From positions 81,345 through 145,344 of the forward strand of contig CAYFJW010000001.1 in NCBI GenBank assembly GCA_964343875.1: a stretch of 64,000 nucleotides of DNA, given 5' to 3'. Both the position numbers and the translations under genes were made by a program. The DNA comes from Candidatus Woesearchaeota archaeon (lineage in GTDB: Archaea > Nanobdellota > Nanobdellia > SCGC-AAA011-G17 > UBA489). Of this stretch, positions 19,901 through 27,689 are shown piece by piece (position 1 is the first letter of the stretch; every line of letters starts with the position of its first letter). The notes beneath the pieces were generated by a model. That model did not search any database, was not told the DNA's origin, and worked only from the letters and a program-made list of their open reading frames with translations.

Positions 19901-20344
19901 TTTTGCAATAACCTCAATAAATGTTGTTCCTTCATTCCTTTCAATCTTTTTAGGGGTTATTTTCACCGGCTGAACTTTCTTAATGAGTGTATCATCTTTT
20001 AGAATCTTTTTTTCCTTTGGAACAATACCAAAACCACTTTCTACCTCATCAAATATTTCCTCAACAACAGTGTTTGGTGCATCGTCAACAGTTACATCAT
20101 CAACTACAGGAGGAACAGTCTTTACTTCAGGAACCTTGCTCCTTTGATAATCATCGATTTTAGCAATATCATCACCACAAAGAGTCACCCACTTACTCTC
20201 TTCTTCATACCAAACGGTTTTACATTCAACAAAGGAATCATCCGAGGCACCGCCAACACTACTAAAATCAGAGACAGCTCCAACCACGAACACGCTAGAT
20301 AAAAAAACTAAGCACAAAAGTAGTATGTTCTTCAGTCGGATCAC
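16913..20344 (-). CDS. Large secreted multidomain protein: right-handed parallel beta-helix domain plus clan GH-A (TIM-barrel) glycoside-hydrolase-like domain
   Basis: 1143 aa with signal peptide MIRLKNILLLCLVFLSSVFVVGAVS. Beta-helix repeats (NNKISEAYEDGIK...IYRNEFFNIAGEGESVDAFGVNGAWIIQNEFHDD). A YFIIWNEPNF motif is typical of GH-A acid/base glutamate. Confidence 0.55.
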   Translation of the reverse strand: MIRLKNILLLCLVFLSSVFVVGAVSDFSSVGGASDDSFVECKTVWYEEESKWVTLCGDDIAKIDDYQRSKVPEVKTVPPVVDDVTVDDAPNTVVEEIFDEVESGFGIVPKEKKILKDDTLIKKVQPVKITPKKIERNEGTTFIEVIAKRVDNFFSFPFRFFGLVDDPETVEGEEVSGDGEGWMLDVGGGHSSDVPQEFLDMLNFEPEKIYYIAQNEQGASDDNNCLYPRYISGADGPCATLKAMKKYDVVAGEAIAVGAGTYILDEGGVTAKFQGTSDKPIRIFAYEGEDVIMEARHNDGKIHFGGKYTTLEGFDIRCYIRVCMTIWDRDIADHLVVYNNKISEAYEDGIKTTTESANVLIYRNEFFNIAGEGESVDAFGVNGAWIIQNEFHDDSLSVRDPGAVSWAKGGASGVYYIDNYFHDLIVRNHALILGGCCWNNWAGTAGVDPVATNVHAIRNVFERITLDGTYRYKGSIGVEGCHDCSIEENTISDVDVAIGVHATIDGNNRVGAKNILIRNNFEDNINTERLLNLHEDSKDGLVISGNTYCVDNPTIYYTKEMSLEEFQSYGFETGYEPCEGGPGSVGIIGGEEREFIEVEPGGDKEFEMNVYTDQVVKDVHGLTKGFGNVIGPFMHPKFLDAYINEVGVEGIHVRTGHRFDRYERGFPPTRVHTKLQKNGAKVMVVIKGIPSEEGIAYCSDFVGTECVTYESSGPAKDMQAWKDYVKDVVRHYNSKGIKYFIIWNEPNFVVENWKEVCKAPGDCWWPTMEEFVDLTVAGVEAVYEVDPSNEVGVDGTSAFFGTLNSENGTKVYVPIEVFEALDAKGLKATHHYHHYNPDPYTMTPGGDPEQALEHWRANNGAFLGTNMDEFSDGLPGKPMINGDGIHAVSSTMALLANSANYDIDRAGWFQLYSNVHEPGTIQGRFLGWDENMIDRSGVYKPVFWLSKLLHDAPGTLMVDDDLNEEDTVRAFTVRNQEGTSYCWYGVNFDRAGKSATIKLTAKNLPTDVSAWLYTTYKIGHEDGNPYHDDVEPEIQALLQPMIDNIHSTPGATWNDYINQAWPIITEINSWESVRPTKTEKVVVGNKAELSTQITLDYEEVRVICLEKTEGMGLDGGSGGSGVIESVVDVISEDLAGPVAKTGI

Positions 20345-20370
20345 CTCTGTTTATAAATGAACTAATCTTT

Positions 20371-20378
20371 TTTATAAA
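20371..20378. promoter_or_regulatory. TTTATAAA TATA-box in a divergent promoter region (second copy at ~20350-20357)
   Basis: Palindromic archaeal TATA consensus about 27-30 nt upstream of the minus-strand ATG at 20344. This suggests a leaderless transcript. Confidence 0.4.
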
Positions 20379-20502
20379 CGTTTTGATACCTCGAGATGTA
20401 TAATTATTCGGATTCTAGGATTAAAAAGCCCAGTCATCGAGCCAGGAAACGCATTTTAAAAAGAATAACGTTTATAACTTAAGGAAGAAGCCTAATTTTA
20501 AA

Positions 20503-22050
20503 ATGGATAACAATGGAATCTTCAATTGGGCAGATAACGCGGGAAAGAAGGTTATTAAGGAAAAAGGAGACAAAAAACTATACGTCTGCGCTTCAGGAAT
20601 AAGTCCTTCTGGGCACATCCACATAGGCAACTTTAGGGAAATAATCACTACTGCCTTGGTAGTTAAGTCTCTAAAAGCCCAAGGAAAGAAGGTACGATTT
20701 ATTTATTCATGGGACGATTTTGATGCTTTTAGAAAAGTTCCAAGGGACTTTCCAGAGGAGTTCTCAAAATACATTGGAATGCCCCTTTGCAAAGTACCAG
20801 ACCCAAAAGGCTGCCACAAAAGTTATTCTGAACATTTTAAAAAAGAATTAGAAGAATCAATCGAACATCTTGATCTTGGAATCGAATACATTCATCAAGG
20901 AGAAATGTACCAATCATGCAAATATGCAGAAAAAATAAAAGAAGCTCTCAACAAAAAAGACCAAATAAGGGACATTCTAAATAAATTTAGAAAAGAACCA
21001 TTCCCAGAAGAGTGGACCCCTCTTGAAGTGTTCTGTGAAAAGTGTTGGAAAAATAAAACAACTATCTTAGAGTATGATGGCGATTATGAAGTTCACTATG
21101 AATGCACATGCGGTCATTCAAATAAAATAGACTTCAGAAAAGTTGGAAATGTTAAACTTTTGTGGCGTGCAGACTGGCCAATGCGGTGGGTGTATGAGAA
21201 AGTTGATTTTGAACCAGGAGGGAGAGACCACTCCACTAACGGAGGGTCTTTCGAAACTGGAAAGGAGATTATTAACAAACTATGGGGCAGAGATGCACCT
21301 TCCTACGTAGCATATGAATGGATATCTGCAAAGGGCGGAGCGGACTTTTCTAGCTCAGCAGGGGTTGTAACACTTCCAAAAGAAGTTCTTGAGATATACG
21401 AACCAGACGTTATGATTTATCTTTTCACAGGCACACAACCAAATAAACCGTTCGATATCAGTTTTGATTTAGACGTACTAAAGGTTTACGAAGATTTTGA
21501 TAAGGTTGAGAGAATTTATTTTGATAAGGAAGAAGCATCTGAAAAAGAAAAGCAAAAAATGAGAAGAATCTATGAGTTATCTTGTAAAAACATTCCTAAA
21601 AAAATTGGAGACCAACCTACATTCAGACACCTGACAACTCTTTTACAAATCTATGAGGGAGATATCAAAAAAGCAACTGAAGGAATAGTTTCTTCAAGAA
21701 TAAATGAAAGAGCAAAATGTGCCCTCAACTGGTTGGAAAAGTATGCTCCAGAAGACTTCAAATTTAAGGTTCATGAAAAAATAACAGATGAAATAAATGA
21801 ACATTTAACGGATAAACAAAAATCTTCCTTAAGGGACCTTAAAGAGGCACTTAACAAAAAAAGTTTCGATGAAATGGGTCTCTTTGAAGAATTTTATAGT
21901 ATTTCTGAAAAAAACGGGTTGAAGAATACTGAATTTTTTGAAGGAGCCTATTTAGCGATTATTGGAAAGAAAAAGGGTCCAAGATTAGCTAATTTCATCT
22001 TAGTATTGGGTCAAAAAAGAATTTCAGAGCTTTTGAACGGTGTGAAATGA
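20503..22050 (+). CDS. lysS: Lysyl-tRNA synthetase, class I (archaeal type)
   Basis: SGISPSGHIHIGNFREI (class-I LysRS HIGH variant), Cys-rich zinc region, and a 515-aa length. Confidence 0.8.
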   Translation: MDNNGIFNWADNAGKKVIKEKGDKKLYVCASGISPSGHIHIGNFREIITTALVVKSLKAQGKKVRFIYSWDDFDAFRKVPRDFPEEFSKYIGMPLCKVPDPKGCHKSYSEHFKKELEESIEHLDLGIEYIHQGEMYQSCKYAEKIKEALNKKDQIRDILNKFRKEPFPEEWTPLEVFCEKCWKNKTTILEYDGDYEVHYECTCGHSNKIDFRKVGNVKLLWRADWPMRWVYEKVDFEPGGRDHSTNGGSFETGKEIINKLWGRDAPSYVAYEWISAKGGADFSSSAGVVTLPKEVLEIYEPDVMIYLFTGTQPNKPFDISFDLDVLKVYEDFDKVERIYFDKEEASEKEKQKMRRIYELSCKNIPKKIGDQPTFRHLTTLLQIYEGDIKKATEGIVSSRINERAKCALNWLEKYAPEDFKFKVHEKITDEINEHLTDKQKSSLRDLKEALNKKSFDEMGLFEEFYSISEKNGLKNTEFFEGAYLAIIGKKKGPRLANFILVLGQKRISELLNGVK

Positions 22051-23165
22051 ACTACATATTTCACCTTGGAAGAGACGCAGAACTGAGCACCTTAGAAGTA
22101 GTCTCTTACGTAGAGAGGGCCCAAAAAAAATACAAAATTCTCAAAATAACCAAGAAAGCATTACTAATAGACATCCCCGCATTAGACCATAACGAAACAA
22201 TGAAATGTCTAGGGGGGACAATTAAGATATCCTTAGAGTTAAAAGATCCGGAAAAAGCAATACAAAAGAAAATATATTCACTAACTTCAAAAAAAATAAA
22301 CTATGGGATTAACTCCCTAGAATCATCAACAAGGAGTTCGCAGCAATTAGTCGGTTTAATCAAGACATTCTGCAAAAAAGAAAAAATAAAGGCTCTTCAA
22401 AAACATTCAAAAGAAAGGGAAATCCCGCCATCTAAATCACAAAACTTGGATTTAGAGCTAACTTTATTCAAAAATAAGATCTACGCAGTGGTTGCAGCCT
22501 CGGATCCAAAGTCGTATGCAAAAAGAGATGAAAAAAGACCTTATTTTGATCCACTAAAAGTAATCTCTGTAAGACTATCAAAGATCTTAATTAATTTAGC
22601 ACAACCAAAGAGCAATGACGTATTGCTAGATCCTTTTGCAGGACTTGGAACGATACTACAAGAAGCATCATTAATGAACATTAATTCAATTGGCTCAGAC
22701 AACAATCCACAAACAGTAAAAAAATGTAAGGCAAACCTACAATGGATTAAAAAACAATTCAAAATAAAGAAACTACCGAGAGTAATAACCTCGGACATAT
22801 CACAAATATCAAAGAAAATAAAATTAGCTAACTGCATTGCAACCGAACCTTATCTAGGACCATATCTAAAAAAACTCCCAACAGAAATAGAAGCGAGAAA
22901 CATAGCAAAAGACCTTTCAAGACTTTACAACAACTTCCTAAAGGAAGCATCAAAGATACTAAGAACTGGATCAAAAATAGCAATAATTGTCCCAACATTC
23001 AAAACAAAGGACTCAAAAACAATAAGAATCGGCTTCCAAAACCTACTAAAAAACCACCGTTTCAAAATCCATCAACCACTAAAAAACAGCCTCATACCCC
23101 TAGATTATGTTCTCAACGGCAGTAAAATAAGGCGTAAAATATACATATTAGAAAAGCTTAAATAA
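22047..23165 (+). CDS. trm11: tRNA (guanine10-N2)-methyltransferase Trm11-like (THUMP plus class-I methyltransferase)
   Basis: N-terminus FHLGRDAELSTLEV resembles the Trm11 N-terminal domain. The methyltransferase motif is DPFAGLGTILQEA. Confidence 0.55.
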   Translation: MNYIFHLGRDAELSTLEVVSYVERAQKKYKILKITKKALLIDIPALDHNETMKCLGGTIKISLELKDPEKAIQKKIYSLTSKKINYGINSLESSTRSSQQLVGLIKTFCKKEKIKALQKHSKEREIPPSKSQNLDLELTLFKNKIYAVVAASDPKSYAKRDEKRPYFDPLKVISVRLSKILINLAQPKSNDVLLDPFAGLGTILQEASLMNINSIGSDNNPQTVKKCKANLQWIKKQFKIKKLPRVITSDISQISKKIKLANCIATEPYLGPYLKKLPTEIEARNIAKDLSRLYNNFLKEASKILRTGSKIAIIVPTFKTKDSKTIRIGFQNLLKNHRFKIHQPLKNSLIPLDYVLNGSKIRRKIYILEKLK

Positions 23166-23186
23166 GCAATCACCAAGGACACTATC

Positions 23187-23381
23187 ATGGGAAGAATCAA
23201 AACACAACTAATCAAAAGGACCACAATGAAGCTATTAGGCGCTCATAGAGAGTCTTTTACAAAGAACTTTGACGAAAACAAAAAGGTTGTACAAGACATG
23301 TTATCTGGTCCAAGTAAAAAGCTTAGGAATGTTATAGCTGGATACGCTACAAGACTTGTTAAGAACGAAAAAGAGCTTTAG
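23187..23381 (+). CDS. rps17e: 30S ribosomal protein eS17
   Basis: MGRIKTQLIKRTTMKLL...FDENKKVVQDMLSGPSKKLRNVIAGYATRL matches the eS17 family. Confidence 0.85.
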   Translation: MGRIKTQLIKRTTMKLLGAHRESFTKNFDENKKVVQDMLSGPSKKLRNVIAGYATRLVKNEKEL

Positions 23382-23413
23382 TTCTGATCACAACGGAAAG
23401 GGGTTGACCGTCG

Positions 23414-23737
23414 ATGACAAAGGAAAAACCAGAAAAGAAGACTGAAACAAGCGAGGCTCAAGACGACCATGTTGTTTTTGTTGGTGATAAGCCTTTTATG
23501 AACTATGTAACTGGGGTAGTGATGCAATTTACAACTCAGAGTGCAAAAGAATCAGTAATAAAGGCCAGAGGAAAATTCATTAGTAAGGCAGTAGATATTG
23601 CAGAAGTAGCAACAAAGAGATTTCTAGATGGAGAGGTTAACGTAAAAAACATATCCATAAACAGTGAAGAATTCAAAAATAAGGAAGGCAAAGAAGTAAG
23701 AGTATCTACTATTGAATTAACACTTGCAAAAAAGTAG
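23414..23737 (+). CDS. albA: DNA/RNA-binding protein Alba
   Basis: NYVTGVVMQF...VIKARGKFISKAVDIAE...RVSTIELTL fits the Alba fold signature. Confidence 0.85.
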   Translation: MTKEKPEKKTETSEAQDDHVVFVGDKPFMNYVTGVVMQFTTQSAKESVIKARGKFISKAVDIAEVATKRFLDGEVNVKNISINSEEFKNKEGKEVRVSTIELTLAKK

Positions 23738-23791
23738 TTTCGAAGATTTAATAAATAAATAGGCACAGGAGTAATTAAAAGAGGTACATAA

Positions 23792-25516
23792 ATGGCATTA
23801 GAGCTATTCTCAAACTTACAGGTAAACTTACTATTTGACTTGGCAGTAATTATAGTGTTTGCCACAATAATTGCATTCATTGTAAGGCTCTTTAAACAGC
23901 CATTAATTCTTGGTTATATCCTGGCCGGTGTTGTTCTTGGTCCAAACTTACTACAATTAATTCAAAACCAAGAAATTATCTTCGCTTTATCCGAGATTGG
24001 AATAGCATTCTTACTATTTTTCGTAGGTCTAGAAATGGATCTCAAAAAATTAAAAGAAGTGGGATTCTTCTCCTCATTGGGGACAATTATACAAATAGCA
24101 ATCACCTTCTTCCTAGCCTTATTTATAGCACTACAATTCGGGATAGATAACACCACAGCAACAATCATAGGTTTCATTGTAGCATTTAGTAGTACGTCCG
24201 TTGTTGTAAAAATATTCTCAGATAAAGACCAGATAGATACATTACATGGCCGTCTAGCACTAGGGTTATTATTGATGCAAGATATTGTTGTTATCTTTTT
24301 ACTCTCAGCATTGTCTAATTCAGGAGGAATAACCGCCGCAAGCCTAGTAACTTCATTCTTCAAAGGTATAGCTTTATTCGTTCTAGCATTAGTTCTATCA
24401 GCAAAAGTATTCCCTCGTTTATTTACAGCAGCAGCAAAATACCAAGAACTAACACTGCTAATGGCATTAACAACCTGTTTCTTATTCTCAACCATAGCCG
24501 CTTATTTCGGGTTCTCCATAGCTGTAGGAGCATTCATCGCAGGAATTAGCATAGCTCCATTAAAATACAGCTTAAACATCCAGGGAATGATCGGTCCATT
24601 AAAAGATTTTTTTGCAACAATTTTCTTCGTCTCATTGGGACTCCAATTACAGTTTACATCCCTTGGAGAGCTAACCAACCTATTCATTGCACTATTACTT
24701 CTAGTTATTTTAGTAAAACCATTACTAATCGCAATAATTGCACTAATCTTTGGATATGAAAAAAGATCTGCATCAATAACAGGATTCTCTTTAGGACAGG
24801 TAAGCGAGTTCTCATTAATTGTCGCAGCAGTAGCATTGAGTAATGGCTTCATCGGACAAGAAATATTCTCAATTACAGTTCTTTTAGTCGCAGGTTCAAT
24901 TGTAGCAACAACATATATCATGAATATAGAAAACAAAATCTACTCCTTCCTCTCTGGATTCTTCACATTCGTTGCAAGGTTTGTCCCAAGAATGAAAACT
25001 CAAAAGAAAGTGGTTGCTAGAAAAAAAGACATTGTTCTATTTGGGTGTCACAGAATGGGAACAATATTCTTAAATGCATTCAAAAAAGCAAGAAAAAAAG
25101 TTTTAGTTGTGGACCATAACCCCGTTACAATAAAGAACTTAGAAAGAATAAAGGTTAACTGCCTGTACGGAGATATTGCAAATGAAGAAGTCCTAAAGGG
25201 CGCAGGATTAAGCAATACGGAGTTTGTAGTCTCAACAATAAGGATAGTAGAAGACAACCTATATCTAATTAATTACTTAAAAGAACATAAATACCAAGCA
25301 AAAATAATAGTAGTCGCAGAACATGTCCATCAAGCATTGGATTTATACGATGCAGGTGCGGATTACGTAATCATTCCTCACATTGTCTCAGGAGAAAAAG
25401 CCTCAACAATGATAAGGGATTTATTGAGGGGAAGAAAGAACATAGAAAAAATAAAAAATGAAAGTATTGATCACATACTTTTCATGGAGAGGTTCGGACA
25501 AAAGATAAAGGATTAA
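23792..25516 (+). CDS. Kef-type monovalent cation:proton antiporter (CPA2) with a C-terminal RCK/TrkA-N domain
   Basis: 12-13 TM Na+/H+-exchanger domain, then a Rossmann motif IVLFGCHRMGTIFLNAFKKARKKVLVVDHNP. Confidence 0.8.
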   Translation: MALELFSNLQVNLLFDLAVIIVFATIIAFIVRLFKQPLILGYILAGVVLGPNLLQLIQNQEIIFALSEIGIAFLLFFVGLEMDLKKLKEVGFFSSLGTIIQIAITFFLALFIALQFGIDNTTATIIGFIVAFSSTSVVVKIFSDKDQIDTLHGRLALGLLLMQDIVVIFLLSALSNSGGITAASLVTSFFKGIALFVLALVLSAKVFPRLFTAAAKYQELTLLMALTTCFLFSTIAAYFGFSIAVGAFIAGISIAPLKYSLNIQGMIGPLKDFFATIFFVSLGLQLQFTSLGELTNLFIALLLLVILVKPLLIAIIALIFGYEKRSASITGFSLGQVSEFSLIVAAVALSNGFIGQEIFSITVLLVAGSIVATTYIMNIENKIYSFLSGFFTFVARFVPRMKTQKKVVARKKDIVLFGCHRMGTIFLNAFKKARKKVLVVDHNPVTIKNLERIKVNCLYGDIANEEVLKGAGLSNTEFVVSTIRIVEDNLYLINYLKEHKYQAKIIVVAEHVHQALDLYDAGADYVIIPHIVSGEKASTMIRDLLRGRKNIEKIKNESIDHILFMERFGQKIKD

Positions 25517-25517
25517 A

Positions 25518-25949
25518 ATGAACCTTAAGAACCATTTTTTTACATCAATAATTTTAACAGTTATAATGTACTTCTTTGTAAGTTGGTATGCAATCTGGGC
25601 TTTTGTTGGAGGCTACCTAATTGACTTTGACCATTACCTCTGGTCCCTTTACACAACAAGAAGTTTTTCTATAAAAAAATCCTATAATGCCCATTACGGT
25701 AGACATAAAAAAGACGATTATGAAAGAGACCTACTCCACATCTTCCACACATGGGAATTCTGGTTAGTAATGGTTGCAGGAGCAATTGGTTCATACTTGG
25801 CAGGATTAAAATTCTTCTATTACATGTTCGCAATAACATTCTTGGGGATGGCAATGCATCTAGCAATGGACTTCAAAGACCTACACAAAATGAAACATTT
25901 TGATGCCAGAGCAATTTCCTTCTTCGCATGGCTTAATAGAAGAAAATAA
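25518..25949 (+). CDS. Hypothetical small membrane protein (His-rich)
   Basis: Three predicted TM segments. I recognise no family. Confidence 0.4.
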   Translation: MNLKNHFFTSIILTVIMYFFVSWYAIWAFVGGYLIDFDHYLWSLYTTRSFSIKKSYNAHYGRHKKDDYERDLLHIFHTWEFWLVMVAGAIGSYLAGLKFFYYMFAITFLGMAMHLAMDFKDLHKMKHFDARAISFFAWLNRRK

Positions 25950-26023
25950 TGCCCCCAGAGGGACTTGAACCCGCGATCTCCAGCTTATGAGACTGGCGAT
26001 TTAGCCAACTAATCTACAGGGGC
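25950..26023 (-). tRNA. tRNA-Met (anticodon CAT; could be elongator Met or Ile2)
   Basis: Cloverleaf GCCCCTG / D-arm / anticodon loop CTCATAA / T-arm GTTCAAGTCC / TGGGGGC plus A73. No encoded CCA. Coordinates may be off by 1 nt. Confidence 0.8.
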
Positions 26024-26069
26024 ATCCTTGATATAAGATCCAGAGATGTAATTTAAAAGACTTATGGTG

Positions 26070-26525
26070 CTATTCCCTTATTTTCTTGGCAAGAGCAGCC
26101 AGATCCTCATCACTTGCCCTCTTATAATCATGTGAAGATATATAGCCTTCATATTTGTCAAAATATTTATCCACGCTGGAAGCAATTTCTTTCCAGGATC
26201 CCATGCCCTCTGTCCCATGCATTGGGAATAATTTAGAGTGTACATGGTCTACACCGAAACCCTCAAAGAACATTCCAGTTCTTCCAACACCTTCCAACTT
26301 AGAATCTAAAAGTTTAGCAACTTTCTTTGTAGCTAGAACTAATGAACTAAGAACCTCATTCGGTAAGTCAAAGGCGTAACTTGAGTAATGTTTCTTTGGA
26401 ACAACAACAGAAAATCCCTTAGTATTTGGGAAAATAGATAAAAATGCAAGATGTTTCTCATCTTCCCAGATCTTATGGCATGGAACTTCACCAGAAATTA
26501 TCTTACAAAAAATGCAATCACTCAT
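26070..26525 (-). CDS. HIT-family hydrolase
   Basis: N-terminal CIFCKIISGEVPCHKIWEDEKHLAFLSIFPNTKGFSVVVPKKH. The histidine-triad region is variant (DHVHSKLFP). Confidence 0.75.
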   Translation of the reverse strand: MSDCIFCKIISGEVPCHKIWEDEKHLAFLSIFPNTKGFSVVVPKKHYSSYAFDLPNEVLSSLVLATKKVAKLLDSKLEGVGRTGMFFEGFGVDHVHSKLFPMHGTEGMGSWKEIASSVDKYFDKYEGYISSHDYKRASDEDLAALAKKIRE

Positions 26526-26754
26526 CTTCCTTTTCCCATGATTTAGCTAACTCTCTTAAATTCTTTATCAAACTTCTTTTCTTCGTTCTATTCACTTTTG
26601 GTTTTGTTAACTTAACTTTCTTCTTACTAACTTTCTTGGTTACCTTCTTCTTAATAGAACTATATTTTTTAGCTTCCCTAAACTTTCCTTTAACATTCTT
26701 CATCCGCCTCTTACCGGACTTCAAAGTTCTTCTACTCTTAGCTTTTCTCCCCAT
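26518..26754 (-). CDS. Small highly basic Lys/Arg-rich protein (nucleic-acid binding?)
   Basis: 78 aa, about 45 percent K+R. It overlaps the HIT gene start by 8 nt, which suggests an operon. Confidence 0.4.
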   Translation of the reverse strand: MGRKAKSRRTLKSGKRRMKNVKGKFREAKKYSSIKKKVTKKVSKKKVKLTKPKVNRTKKRSLIKNLRELAKSWEKEDE

Positions 26755-26802
26755 GCCTGTTCACAATACGGTGAACTATAAGAACTTAACTATAGTGAAA
26801 GA

Positions 26803-26876
26803 TGGACCGGACGGGATTTGAACCCGCCGCATTACGGCTGCCAGCCGTACATTCTACCAGACTGAATTACCGGCCC
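26803..26876 (-). tRNA. tRNA-Ala (anticodon GGC)
   Basis: GGGCCGG acceptor with G3:U70, anticodon loop CTGGCAG, T-arm GGTTCAAATCC, discriminator A. Its 5' end overlaps the last codons of the upstream LAGLIDADG ORF. Confidence 0.8.
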
Positions 26877-27631
26877 AGTTTTCTTACCTTGTAGGGTCTA
26901 ACTAGGCTTAAAAACTTGTTGACTTCCCTTTCCCTTATTCTCAAAACAAAGAGGTCTTTCCATTCAGGATTTTTTCTTTTTTTACACCAAACTATCGAGG
27001 AAATGCCCAGCTCTTCTAAAATGACTTTCATCTGATAGACTAATTCTTTTGAGGTAGTATAATAAAATGCCCTTAATCTATTGTTTGAGGTGCTCAAGCA
27101 ACCATCTGTATCAAAAAACCCCCTTAAAAAACCAATCTTAAACATTCTATTAAGTGATACTCCTCTAAGTTGGCATGTATTATGTTTATTTCTACAATCA
27201 TACTTAAGATAATTATTGAAAAAATAAAATAACTCTTTATTAATTGCCCTAATCCTATACTTCACCTGGCCTTTTCTGTTTGTTTCCTTCCAGATTCTCC
27301 ACGACCTTCCAAAATAATTCTCGAATAATTTTTTCACGTAAATTACATAATTTTCCACATTCCCAAAATGTATAGTCGTGAGGTATTGTCCATTGGGTCG
27401 ATAATGATATTGACTTCCATCTCCTGCAAAAATGCCCACTATCTCCCCCTCAATCTCGGAGAAACTTATTTTATGTGTTGGTTTTTTGTATTTTTTACCG
27501 TTAACTTTTCGATAATAATAGTAGATTGTAGACTTTGCAAGTCCCGTTTTGGCCACTATCTTGCTTATTGAGAGATTGTTTTTTAAATCAAGAATCAAGC
27601 CTACTCTGATGGATGAGTCTAATCTTTTCAT
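26867..27631 (-). CDS. Free-standing double-motif LAGLIDADG homing-endonuclease-like protein with an N-terminal HTH
   Basis: Two LAGLIDADG motifs (IVGIFAGDGS and GFLRGFFDTDGC). N-terminal HTH LSISKIVAKTGLAKSTIYYYY. Not inside an intron or intein. Confidence 0.75.
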   Translation of the reverse strand: MKRLDSSIRVGLILDLKNNLSISKIVAKTGLAKSTIYYYYRKVNGKKYKKPTHKISFSEIEGEIVGIFAGDGSQYHYRPNGQYLTTIHFGNVENYVIYVKKLFENYFGRSWRIWKETNRKGQVKYRIRAINKELFYFFNNYLKYDCRNKHNTCQLRGVSLNRMFKIGFLRGFFDTDGCLSTSNNRLRAFYYTTSKELVYQMKVILEELGISSIVWCKKRKNPEWKDLFVLRIREREVNKFLSLVRPYKVRKLGR

Positions 27632-27689
27632 AAAAAATTAATATTCTATGGGTTAAAAAAGAAATACATCCAATGCAGTAAGTGAGAAA

